Assembly (NCBI GenBank): GCA_031392925.1
Contig: JANMVV010000009.1
Span: 7,979-71,978, forward strand
Source of the DNA: Vicinamibacteria bacterium
GTDB lineage: Bacteria; Acidobacteriota; Vicinamibacteria; Fen-336; JAGNNV01
DNA length: 64,000 nucleotides
Direction: 5' to 3'
Below are positions 37,746 through 48,351 of the stretch, in pieces. The notes beneath the pieces are model-generated. The model was not told where the DNA came from. It made no database searches and saw nothing but the letters and a program-made list of their open reading frames with translations. Numbering within the stretch: the first letter of the stretch is position 1; each line of letters opens with the position of its first letter. The position numbers and the translations under genes were made by a program.

Positions 37746-38344
37746 CGCGTCTTCCTCGCGACGGGCGGGGAGGAGGGCGAAGGGAGGGGGCGGTTGTCGG
37801 GATCGAAGACCACCTCCATCACGAACTCCGTCCCCTCCTGGGTGTCCGACAGCGATTTGAGCGACGCGTTCGAAAACACGGGCGAGGCGTCGAGGGTTTC
37901 CGCGAGGGAGAAGGCCGCATCCTTGGTCCGGGCCACCCCCGACAGGTCGATCAGCATGCTGCGGGCGCCGCGGGGGGTGGTGGGCGAGATCCGGTCCAGC
38001 CGGACGTCGTCGGCAAGGGCCCCCTCCAGTTCGGCGAGGAGCCGACGCCACGGGAACACGCGTCGATCCACCAGCTCCTTGTATGCGAGAAGACGCACAA
38101 CCTCGGACGCTTCGATCTTGAGCGGAGGTTCCCTGGCAATGCCCTCTTCGAGCTCCGCGATCCTGGCCTCGTCCTGCCGGACCGCGCGCACGGTGTTGGC
38201 CTCCTCGCCCGAAACGAGCCGGCTCAAGAAGCGCCCGTGCAGGAAGGACGCCAGAAGGGCCCCGCCGAAGAGAAGTCCGGACAGGAGCCAGAGAAGCCTC
38301 TCGTTCCGGAAAGGCCGAAGGGCCAGATTCGTGGATGCCATCAT
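37742..38344 (-). CDS. PilN/GspL-periplasmic-like inner-membrane assembly protein
   Basis: Start trimmed to MMASTNLALRPFRNERLLWLLSGLLFGGALLASFL (200 aa): short cytoplasmic N-terminus, one TM, coiled coil and periplasmic domain. Confidence 0.45.
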   Translation of the reverse strand: MMASTNLALRPFRNERLLWLLSGLLFGGALLASFLHGRFLSRLVSGEEANTVRAVRQDEARIAELEEGIAREPPLKIEASEVVRLLAYKELVDRRVFPWRRLLAELEGALADDVRLDRISPTTPRGARSMLIDLSGVARTKDAAFSLAETLDASPVFSNASLKSLSDTQEGTEFVMEVVFDPDNRPLPSPSSPPVARKTR

Positions 38345-38349
38345 TGGGG

Positions 38350-39299
38350 TCAGTAGGCTCCAAGCAGGGCCAGCGCGGGCGAAGCCGAACGCTCCACCGC
38401 GGTGGGCATCCCCGCCACCACCAGATGCGCGGGGGGCTTTGCTCGTTGAGCCACGCACCCGAAAGCCGCACTGATGTCGTCGCTCAGTGCTTCGAACCAT
38501 CGATCCGAGGCGTGGACGACCGCGGAGGCGAGCCGGGTTCCCGCAAGGCGATCCCGCCAGAAGACCGCGGTGGAGGCAATCTCCCGCCGCACCTCTTCGA
38601 GACTTCGCGCCACCGTGGCGTCGAACGAACGGATGGACACCGGCCACCCCTGCCGCATGAGAGTCAGGGTCAGCCAGATGGGATCGTGGCGAACCAGGAG
38701 GGCGTCTCCTTCGACCTCCAGTCCCCGGAGGAGCGCCATCGACGAGGTTTCAACCGAACCGACATCGAGACCGAAGGCCTGGCCCACCTGTTCGTAGGCG
38801 CCGAGAACCGCGCTCGAAAAGCCGACGGCCAGGACCGGATCGGTTAAGGAGCGGGGCCAGGCCGCGACCACCCTGACCTCAGCGGGGGGAAACGGGAGGA
38901 GCTTCTGCATTCGGAAAGCGATCACCGCGTCCCGCCGCTCCGGCTCGGACCGGACCTCATCCTGCCCGAACAGACGGAAACGCGCCACCACGTCGGGCAC
39001 GACCAGCGCCGCGCGGACCGAGGGCGTAGCACCGATCTTCGACAGGACGCGCTTCGCGGCGTCGCGCATCTCCTCCTTGTTGACGAAGCCCGGATCATCG
39101 AGGGACGGGACGAAGGTTCCTTCGCTCAACGGCTCGCTGACCAGCGCGCGAAGCTCCACCTTCCCGCGCTTCGATTCCACCCGGGCGCCCACCAGGGCGA
39201 CGGAGGAGAATTCGAGCGCTATCTGAGCGCCCTCCGGGTCCAGGAAGAAGTGCCGGAGCCTTTCCACCACGGACCTCGGCCGCGCCGCGGGGCCTCTGA

Positions 39300-39303
<4 letters not shown>
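38350..39303 (-). CDS. PilM/GspL-cytoplasmic-like actin-fold assembly protein
   Basis: About 318 aa from the GTG that overlaps the gspE stop (GTGA). Begins ...VVERLRHFFLDPEGAQIALEFSSVALVGARVE, like the PilM N-terminus. Start codon choice is uncertain. Confidence 0.5.
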
Positions 39304-40937
<1,634 letters not shown>

Positions 40938-40939
40938 GG

Positions 40940-42148
40940 CTAACCTCCTCCTCGCGACTGGAGGGCCGAGAAGGCCTCGAACATCGGCAGGTAGAGCGCC
41001 AGCACCATGGAACCGATGATCACGGCCATGAAGACGAGGAGAACGGGCTCGACCAGGGCCAGGATGGTCTGGACCTTCACCTCGAGATCCTCGTCATAGA
41101 AATCCGCGACCTGGTTCAGCATCTCGCCAAGGGCGCCCGTGTTCTCGCCCACCCGGATCATCTCCACGGTGAGCGGCTCGACCTGGCCGGTGGCATCGAG
41201 CGCCAGCGAGAGGCTCTTGCCTTCCTGAATCTGAGGCACGGCGGCCGCGGCCGCCGCCGAGATCGCTCGATTCCCCACCGACGCGGAAGCGACGCCGAGC
41301 GCCTGCACCAGGGGGAGGCCGCCGGAAAGAAGAGTGGAGAGGCTGCGCGCGAGCTGGCTGGTGGAGTAGGTGCGCATGAGCGCTCCGAAGAAGGGGATAT
41401 TGAGGATCCACCCATCGAACCGCTCCCGATTCGCGGAGGCCTGCAGCCAGGAGGCAAAGGCAAAACCAGACACCGCGAGGAGCGCCAGGAGAGGCAGGCT
41501 CCATTGCCGCGCCTGATCGGACAGGCCCATGAGGACGCGCGTGGGCAGGGGCAGTTGAGCGCCGAGGCTCCCATAGAACTCGGTGAACTGGGGAAGGACG
41601 CGGGTGAGCATCACGTACATGAGGCCGAACATGCCGGAGAAAAGCACCATCGGATAGACGGACGCCGCAATGACCTTCTTCTTGATCGCCTGGTTGAGCT
41701 TCACATACGAAACGAATCGCCGCAGCACCGCCTCGAGATTGCCGCTCCGCTCGCCCGCAACGAGGCTCGCTGAAAACATCTGCGGGTACAAGGCGCCCTC
41801 CTGCCGGAAGGATTCCGAGAGCGCGGCCCCGGATTTGATCCGATCCCGCACCGCGCCGAGCGATCGCTTGAACAAGGGATCTCTCTGGCGCTCGACCATG
41901 AGATCCATCGACTGCGCAAGGGGAAGGCCGGCCTTGAGAAGAGCGGCCAGTTCCTGGCCGAAGAGCTGCAGGTTTTCGGGCTTGACCCGCGGCGCGCCGA
42001 ACCGGAACCCCTGCGTCCTCTTTCGGTGAGAGAAAAGGAACAGGCCCTGACGCAGCACGTCGGCTCTTAAAGCCTCCTCATTCGGGGCATCGAAACTCCG
42101 TTCGACGATTTCCCCGGCGGGCGTGCCGACCTTGCAGATGTACTCCAT
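40940..42148 (-). CDS. gspF: type II secretion / type IV pilus platform protein (GspF/PilC family)
   Basis: 402 aa. Two GspF repeats, three TM segments, and a conserved N-terminal region MEYICKVGTPAGEIVERSFDAPNEEALRADVLRQGLFLF. Confidence 0.9.
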   Translation of the reverse strand: MEYICKVGTPAGEIVERSFDAPNEEALRADVLRQGLFLFSHRKRTQGFRFGAPRVKPENLQLFGQELAALLKAGLPLAQSMDLMVERQRDPLFKRSLGAVRDRIKSGAALSESFRQEGALYPQMFSASLVAGERSGNLEAVLRRFVSYVKLNQAIKKKVIAASVYPMVLFSGMFGLMYVMLTRVLPQFTEFYGSLGAQLPLPTRVLMGLSDQARQWSLPLLALLAVSGFAFASWLQASANRERFDGWILNIPFFGALMRTYSTSQLARSLSTLLSGGLPLVQALGVASASVGNRAISAAAAAAVPQIQEGKSLSLALDATGQVEPLTVEMIRVGENTGALGEMLNQVADFYDEDLEVKVQTILALVEPVLLVFMAVIIGSMVLALYLPMFEAFSALQSRGGG

Positions 42149-42182
42149 AAGTTATTGGAGCAACTGAGTGTAGCAGCCGAGA

Positions 42183-44015
42183 CTAAACGCCGGACAGAGG
42201 AAGGAAGTCGAGAAGGACCCGGGCGCCGTGAACCACCGCGGCGAGGAGAAGAACGAGAGCCAGGGGCAATGAAACGGCCTCGGAGCCGAGCGTCTTAAGC
42301 CACCGCAGGTCGAACACCGCGCTCAGGTTCTGACCCGGAAAGGAGCCGTTGTCGCCTTCATCGAGAACCGCGGCTCCGACAATGGCCAAAAGCGGCAACA
42401 AGGCGAGCAGGTACCGGACCTCGATCGGGGAAACGAGAGCGGCGATGGCGAGAAGAAGACCGGTGAGGGCAAGGCTCCGGGCCAGGGGCAGGATGGGACG
42501 GATGCTCCGCACGAGAATCGAAAGAGCGATGAGCGCAACCAGCGGCCAGCCCGCCCCGTCCACGATCTGATTGGGGAGACGCCACGGATCGAAGACGCCG
42601 GAGCTTCCGCCGCGCTCGCCCAGAAGGCGCGGGATCTGCGCGGCGATCATGGGCAGGAAGGTGGCGAAGTAAAAGCCCGAAAGAACCACGCCCAGAAGCA
42701 ACGGCCTGAAGGCCGGGTCATGCCGATCGCGAGCGATGACGAGGGTCACCAGAAGCAGGGTGGAGAGGACGATGAAGGAGGAGAGGTGGGCAGTGGCGGA
42801 GAGCGCGACCAGGAAGGCGAGGAGGAGCCCCCGGGCCTTTCCCTTTCGCGAGATTCCCGCGGTTACGAGGAATAGGACGAAGATGGCCTGGGCGAAGACG
42901 TTGGAGAGGTTCCCAAACGCCATGGTCCGGAGGTTCACGGGGGCAAAGGCCCACAGCATCAGCGCCGCCCCGGCGAGGCCGGCGGAGGCCGGGCCGAGAA
43001 TCAGGGCCAGACCCACGATCGAGAGAGCGGAAAAGAAGGCCGCGCCTTCGCGCACCACCCGGACGTTCGAGACCTCGGGCGAGACGAACGGCGTGAGCAC
43101 GCCGTAGAAACTGAAGCCATACGGGATCTCGAAGGGCGGCTTGTGGTCCGTCCGGCTGGTGGGGAATCGATTCCCTCGCGCGACCTCGCGGAGTTTGTTC
43201 CCGTGCAGTTGAACGTCGCCCTGGATCACCAGTGGCGACGGAGGCAGCACGGCGTGAACGGTGAGCGCCATCAGGACCGCGATCTGCAGGAGGCCGCGAG
43301 TGAGGGCGCTGCCTCGCGCGTACCTCGAGAGCATGGCGGCGATCGCGCTCGAAGCACTCAAGAGCACCGTGCATTCGACGAGCCACGAGGATCGCCACAG
43401 TCCGGCGGGCAGGACCATGGCCAGAAACAGGATGGGGGGAAGAAGCGCTACCGCCGCGCTCTGACCGAAAAGAACCTGGGTGGCTATCGAAATCAGGGTC
43501 ACCGCGCCCAGAGCCATCCACAAGCGGACGGGAACACCGGCCGGCCGGCCGGCCATCGACGGAACGGGCTCCACCTTGAGCGAAACGAACTGCGTGCCGA
43601 GGACGCGGTTGGTGGCGGCGAAGCCCTCCGTTCCGATTCCAAACATCAGCGACGAGCCGCCGAGACGCGTCTGCGCGGTGAAGCGCCGTTGCCCCGGCTG
43701 CAGGGTTCCGATCAAGGCGCCGTTCGCGGTGAGATTCATTTCGGTCCGGTGGTCGCGCACCTCGAGATCGATGTCGACGAGTCCCGGACCGACGCCTTCG
43801 AACGAAAACGCGGCCTTCGGACGGGTCCACCGGATGGCTCCACCGCCGATCTGGTTCTCCCGCGGCTCGAGGCCTTCGGTCACGAAGGCGTCGTCGGTGC
43901 CGTAGGCAAGACTCGCAAGCGAGGCCGGCCGGCGAGAGACGAGCGAGGGCACCGAGAGAATCGCCACGATTCCTGCGAGAATCAGGACGAACGCTGCGGA
44001 TCGAAGCGAGTTCAT
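42183..44015 (-). CDS. large polytopic membrane protein of unknown function (N-terminal periplasmic domain plus more than 10 TM helices)
   Basis: 610 aa. First TM at residues 8-24, an approximately 190-aa soluble region, then many hydrophobic helices. Ends 34 nt upstream of gspF on the same strand. No family recognised. Confidence 0.5.
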   Translation of the reverse strand: MNSLRSAAFVLILAGIVAILSVPSLVSRRPASLASLAYGTDDAFVTEGLEPRENQIGGGAIRWTRPKAAFSFEGVGPGLVDIDLEVRDHRTEMNLTANGALIGTLQPGQRRFTAQTRLGGSSLMFGIGTEGFAATNRVLGTQFVSLKVEPVPSMAGRPAGVPVRLWMALGAVTLISIATQVLFGQSAAVALLPPILFLAMVLPAGLWRSSWLVECTVLLSASSAIAAMLSRYARGSALTRGLLQIAVLMALTVHAVLPPSPLVIQGDVQLHGNKLREVARGNRFPTSRTDHKPPFEIPYGFSFYGVLTPFVSPEVSNVRVVREGAAFFSALSIVGLALILGPASAGLAGAALMLWAFAPVNLRTMAFGNLSNVFAQAIFVLFLVTAGISRKGKARGLLLAFLVALSATAHLSSFIVLSTLLLVTLVIARDRHDPAFRPLLLGVVLSGFYFATFLPMIAAQIPRLLGERGGSSGVFDPWRLPNQIVDGAGWPLVALIALSILVRSIRPILPLARSLALTGLLLAIAALVSPIEVRYLLALLPLLAIVGAAVLDEGDNGSFPGQNLSAVFDLRWLKTLGSEAVSLPLALVLLLAAVVHGARVLLDFLPLSGV

Positions 44016-44101
44016 TGACGGCTGGAGTCTATGCGCCAGGGTTCATGCCCTGGAGCCGCGGATCGATTCAGAATCAGATGTGCCCCAGGAAGGAACGACC
44101 C

Positions 44102-44536
44102 ATGCTGACCCTTCTCCTCGCCCTCGCCCTCGACACTCAGGCGCTCGCCCAGGACGAGGCCCCGATTATTGCCGCCCAGGACGCGCGCTTCGCCGCCATG
44201 GTCAGGGGAGACGCCGGTTATCTCGAGACCGCGCTCGACCCCTCGCTCACCTACCATCACTCGAGCGGTTCGGCCCAGTCCAAGGCGGAGTTCATGGCGT
44301 CCTTCCGGGCGGGCTCGCTCAAGTACAAGGCCCTCGATGTCATCGAGCGAAGGGTCCGGCGCATCGGTCCGGTCGCGATCATCACCGGCATCTTCCGGCT
44401 CCAGGCCGCAAACAACGGGGAGACCATCGACACCAAGGCTCGCTTCACCGACGTGTACGAGAACAAGGATGGCCGGTGGGCTCAGGTCGCCTGGCAGAAC
44501 ACGCGTATTCCCGAAGCCCCCGCGAGCCCGCGGTAG
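44102..44536 (+). CDS. secreted SnoaL-like/DUF4440 (NTF2-fold) protein
   Basis: Start trimmed to [17 protein letters not shown] (signal peptide). [33 protein letters not shown] fits the DUF4440/SnoaL_2 pattern. Confidence 0.5.
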   Translation: MLTLLLALALDTQALAQDEAPIIAAQDARFAAMVRGDAGYLETALDPSLTYHHSSGSAQSKAEFMASFRAGSLKYKALDVIERRVRRIGPVAIITGIFRLQAANNGETIDTKARFTDVYENKDGRWAQVAWQNTRIPEAPASPR

Positions 44537-44555
44537 AATCCAATTGGAGCGGCAT

Positions 44556-45626
44556 ATGACCACCTTTCAGGCAATCGAACAGGCTCTGGGCAAAGACGCA
44601 CGCTCACTCCTGGATCACAAGAGCACCGGCATCTCGAAGGACCGTCTGCACCTCCCGGACCCCGACTGGGTCCTGAGGATGCACCATTCCTCCGACCGCC
44701 CGATCGCGGTGCTGCGCTCGCTGCAGGACATGTTCGCCACCGGACGGCTCGCGGGCACGGGGTACCTCTCCATCCTCCCCGTGGACCAGGGCATCGAACA
44801 CTCGGCGGGGGCCTCGTTCGCCAAGAACCCCGACTACTTCGATGCTGAGAACATCGTGAAGCTCGCCTTCGAGGGCGGTTGCAACGCGGTGGCGTCGACC
44901 CTCGGCGTGCTGGGCGCCTGCGCGCGGAAGTACGCGCACAAGATTCCCTTCATCATGAAAATCAATCACAACGAGTTCCTGACCTATCCGAACAAGTTCG
45001 ATCAGATCATGTTCGGGCAGGTCAAGCAGGCCCGCGACATGGGCGCGGTCGCGGTGGGAGCGACCATCTACTTCGGCTCCGACAACTCCTCCCGGCAGAT
45101 CGTCGAGGTGAGCCAGGCCTTCAAGGTTGCTCACGAGATGGGGCTCGCGACCATCCTGTGGTGCTACCTGCGGAATCCCGCCTTCAAGAAGGATAAGGAC
45201 TACCACGTCTCCGCCGACCTCACCGGCCAGGCCAACCACCTCGGGGTGACCATCGAGGCGGACATCATCAAGCAGAAGCTGCCCGAAAACAACGGCGGCT
45301 ACGAGATCCTCAGCTCCAAGGAAAACCCCTACGGCAAGACGGACAAGCGCATCTACACCGAACTCACGACCGACCACCCCATCGACCTGACCCGCTATCA
45401 GCTCGCGAACTGTTACATGGGCCGGGCCGGTCTCATCAATTCGGGTGGCGCGTCCGGAGAGAACGACTTCGCCGAGGCGGTGCGCACCGCGGTGATCAAC
45501 AAGAGGGCGGGTGGGATGGGCCTCATCTCCGGGCGCAAGGCGTTCCAACGACCCATGGCCGAAGGCGTCAAGCTCCTGAACACGATCCAGGACGTCTACC
45601 TGTGCAAAGACGTCACCATCGCCTGA
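44556..45626 (+). CDS. fbaB: class I fructose-bisphosphate aldolase (DhnA/FbaB type)
   Basis: 356 aa. RBS GGAG 7 nt upstream. Extensive identity to the FbaB family ([47 protein letters not shown]). Confidence 0.9.
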   Translation: MTTFQAIEQALGKDARSLLDHKSTGISKDRLHLPDPDWVLRMHHSSDRPIAVLRSLQDMFATGRLAGTGYLSILPVDQGIEHSAGASFAKNPDYFDAENIVKLAFEGGCNAVASTLGVLGACARKYAHKIPFIMKINHNEFLTYPNKFDQIMFGQVKQARDMGAVAVGATIYFGSDNSSRQIVEVSQAFKVAHEMGLATILWCYLRNPAFKKDKDYHVSADLTGQANHLGVTIEADIIKQKLPENNGGYEILSSKENPYGKTDKRIYTELTTDHPIDLTRYQLANCYMGRAGLINSGGASGENDFAEAVRTAVINKRAGGMGLISGRKAFQRPMAEGVKLLNTIQDVYLCKDVTIA

Positions 45627-45642
45627 AACGCCGCGAAGAACC

Positions 45643-45975
45643 GTGAACGAAACGCAAACGGAAAAGCGCCTTTTCACCTACGGGGAGGCCAGAGCCCTCC
45701 TGCCGCGGGTGCAGCAGCTCACGCAGGAAGCTCACGAGAAAGTGGAGCGCCTCCTGGGCGCTTCGACCCAGGTCCCGCAGACCAGGGAGCAGGCGCAGTC
45801 CATCGTGAACGCGTGGGCCGCGGAAATGGGCGCGCTCGGCCTCGACATCAAGGGCCTGTGGCTCGTCGATTTCGACAACGGCAGCGGCTACTACTGCTGG
45901 AAGCACCCCGAACCCTCGCTCGACTACTACCACACGTACGAGGAAGGGTTCTCGGGACGGGTCCGGATTCAGTAG
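45643..45975 (+). CDS. DUF2203-like small protein (tentative)
   Basis: 110 aa. C-terminal YYCWKHPEPSLDYYHTYEEGFSGR is a motif I associate with DUF2203. Family assignment is tentative. Confidence 0.45.
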   Translation: MNETQTEKRLFTYGEARALLPRVQQLTQEAHEKVERLLGASTQVPQTREQAQSIVNAWAAEMGALGLDIKGLWLVDFDNGSGYYCWKHPEPSLDYYHTYEEGFSGRVRIQ

Positions 45976-46003
45976 GAGCAGGGCGCAGGGGCCGCGCGAG
46001 TCT

Positions 46004-46096
46004 GGTAGGGGTGGCGGGGGTTGCTTCGGGCCATAGCGAAACGGCGGGGGCCCTCGCAATGACTTTCCGGGGGCGCTGCGCGCGCCCTTGAAAGTC
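46004..46096. repeat. partial copy (single arm) of the 26.1 kb palindromic repeat, followed by a short hairpin
   Basis: GGTAGGGGTGGCGGGGGTTGCTTCG...CCTCGCAATGAC shares both terminal motifs with the arm at 26105-26167. It is followed by GACTTTCCGGGGGCGC...GCGCCCTTGAAAGTC, an imperfect inverted repeat. It lies between convergent genes. Confidence 0.5.
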
Positions 46097-46454
46097 AGGG
46101 AACGAAGGGCTCGGGCTCGGCCTTGCCTTTGTGGCAAATGGAGCAGGTGATCACCGCTTCCTTGGTGCGCGGACCGAAGTACTCGGCCTTCTTCGCCTTC
46201 ATGTCCTGAACCAGCTTGATCATCCGGCGGGCGTCGGCCTTGTGCGGACGCTCGTCCTTTTCGTACTGGTCGACCACGTGACAGAACGTGCACTTCACAC
46301 CGAGTTGTTCGGTGAAGCCGTCCATCGTCTTCTTCAACTCGTCCTTCGTGATGTCCTTGGGCAGAACCTGAAGGTTCTTGCCCTCGGCCGCGAAAGCGCT
46401 CGGGGCCAGAAAGCTCGTGGCCAGAAAAAGGGCAGGGATGTATTTGTTTCTCAT
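46095..46454 (-). CDS. dihaem c-type cytochrome, small, secreted
   Basis: Start trimmed to MRNKYIPALFLATSFLAPSAFA (signal). Two CxxCH motifs (CTFCH, CSICH). Confidence 0.7.
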   Translation of the reverse strand: MRNKYIPALFLATSFLAPSAFAAEGKNLQVLPKDITKDELKKTMDGFTEQLGVKCTFCHVVDQYEKDERPHKADARRMIKLVQDMKAKKAEYFGPRTKEAVITCSICHKGKAEPEPFVP

Positions 46455-46488
46455 TTGAATTTTCTTGGAAGGGTCCTGGGTGGAACGT

Positions 46489-47730
46489 TCAGCGGGTGGG
46501 GACGGGCGGCCGGGGCCGGAAGTTTGCCTCGATGTGGGTGGCGAGGGCAAGAACTTCCTCGGCAGACATGCGGCCTCCGAAGGCGGGCATGTCCGGCGCC
46601 TCGCCCTTGGTGATGACTTCGATCATGTCGTTCATGGTGCCCTCGTCCCAGAATGTCTCTCGAGTGAAGTTCTTGGGTTTGCCCTCGAGCTTGGCAATGT
46701 CGGGGCCGTCGCCCTTTCCCGACATGCCGTGGCAGGGGGCGCACTCAACCTTGTAGTCGCGCGCCGCCTTCACCACCAGGCCTTCTTCATACTGCGGCTT
46801 TCTCGGCAGGTCCCGGTCTTCATACAGGGCCAGGCCGCCGAGGCCGAACATAAATCCGAACACGGCGATGACGCCGGCGGCGCGGAGTTTCCTGGAGGTC
46901 CGGATCTCCGGTATCAGCATGAGGGTACCGACGCCGATCGCGGGAAGGAGGGCGCTCTCCACCCATTGGAAGCCGTGGACGTACTTGCCGAACTGGAAGA
47001 GCCACAGGAAGTACCACTCCGGCCGAGGCACGTACTCCGTGTCGGCCGCGGACGCCCTCGGCTCGAGCGGCGCCCTGAAGTTGGCGGCGATGACCCACAC
47101 CGCGATGGCGATGAGACCACAGACCGGAATCAGCCATGGCCCCGATGCCTTCGCGGCCCGATCAAGGCCGTCCTTGAAACCGAAGAGCACCAGGATCACG
47201 AGCACGAGCGGAAGAGCCGCCGCATGAAGCGCGTAGAAGCGCGGAAGGGTCGCGGCTCCGAAAGTCGGGCCGCCGCGAAGCATGTCGGCCTGCAGACCTC
47301 CGACCACCGGGACGGTCTCCACGATGCCGAGGCGAACCGAGGTGCCCCAATACGCCGGCTGGTCCATGGGAAGCACGTAGCCGGTGAAGCAGAAGCCGAT
47401 CATCAGAAGAAGGGCCACGACACTCCGCCGGAACTCCCACTTCCGCTCGCGATGGACCTCGGTGAGGACGCCGGTGATGACCATGAGGAAGGCGGCGACC
47501 ACGACACCCGACGACAGGTAATAGTGCATGGATCGGAGCAGGGCCCCGATCCCTCCCTGTTGCCGGATGTAGAGAACACTCGAGAAGGCCTCGGTCTGGG
47601 AAGGCACGTACGACATGGAGAGCCCGATGCCGCTCCCGATGAGGAGCCCCGCGAACACGAAGGCGCAAAGTGCTGCGGCGCCGTGCAGTCTCGACATCCA
47701 GTCGACGTCCCCCTTCGGCTCGTCCATCAC
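46489..47730 (-). CDS. cytochrome b of a bc-type complex, fused to a C-terminal monohaem cytochrome c domain
   Basis: 413 aa. Multiple TM helices. PEWYFLWLFQ is a cytochrome b/b6 signature. C-terminal CAPCHGMSGKGDGP is a haem c site. Confidence 0.85.
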   Translation of the reverse strand: MMDEPKGDVDWMSRLHGAAALCAFVFAGLLIGSGIGLSMSYVPSQTEAFSSVLYIRQQGGIGALLRSMHYYLSSGVVVAAFLMVITGVLTEVHRERKWEFRRSVVALLLMIGFCFTGYVLPMDQPAYWGTSVRLGIVETVPVVGGLQADMLRGGPTFGAATLPRFYALHAAALPLVLVILVLFGFKDGLDRAAKASGPWLIPVCGLIAIAVWVIAANFRAPLEPRASAADTEYVPRPEWYFLWLFQFGKYVHGFQWVESALLPAIGVGTLMLIPEIRTSRKLRAAGVIAVFGFMFGLGGLALYEDRDLPRKPQYEEGLVVKAARDYKVECAPCHGMSGKGDGPDIAKLEGKPKNFTRETFWDEGTMNDMIEVITKGEAPDMPAFGGRMSAEEVLALATHIEANFRPRPPVPTR

Positions 47731-48239
47731 GATGCCATGGGCTCGGAGCTTGGGAGTCCGGGCCTGAACTTGACGAATCTGAGTTTCAATCGCCCGAATT
47801 CGACTCTGGTCTCCAGCCTATCGAGGGCACGAGGCGCGGGGCCGCTCGTCGGCTTGCCTTCCTCATCGAAGTCGCTCTTGTGGCACGGACAGCCAAACCC
47901 GCTCGAGACGCGGTGGACCAGGCAACCCGTGTGCGTGCAGAGGGCGGAAACCGCCTCGATCGCCTCGCCCTGCCTCCGGAGATAGACGCTCTCATCGACC
48001 ACGGTCTTCTTCCACCGGTCCTCGATCTCCCGGCGGAAGCGACGGGCCTTCCAGGGTCCCTCGCCGATGTCAGCGGCCGGGCCGAGATCGATCCAGGCCA
48101 CGGAACCGCCGCCCGCGGCCGCACCCTTCGAGCGGGCGCCGAAGGCGAAGAACAGGCCGGCGGGAATGGCGGAGAGCCCAGCCACGGCGGCCGCGAGGGC
48201 CTGCCACGACTTGAGAAGAGTGCGCCGGTCGATCAGCAT
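47727..48239 (-). CDS. Rieske [2Fe-2S] protein of bc-type complex, Tat-exported
   Basis: Start trimmed to MLIDRRTLLKS (twin-Arg motif). CTHTGC and CPCHKS Rieske boxes. ATGA overlap with the cytochrome b gene. Confidence 0.85.
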   Translation of the reverse strand: MLIDRRTLLKSWQALAAAVAGLSAIPAGLFFAFGARSKGAAAGGGSVAWIDLGPAADIGEGPWKARRFRREIEDRWKKTVVDESVYLRRQGEAIEAVSALCTHTGCLVHRVSSGFGCPCHKSDFDEEGKPTSGPAPRALDRLETRVEFGRLKLRFVKFRPGLPSSEPMAS

Positions 48240-48351
48240 AAAGATCCGAGAATAGCTCCAAGGGAGACTCAAACGCGCAGCCGGAGGCGCGATCCGGGCA
48301 CAAAAAGGGGGCGGCAAGGAGCCGCCCCCGGCGCTCATCTGGAGGGCGGAA

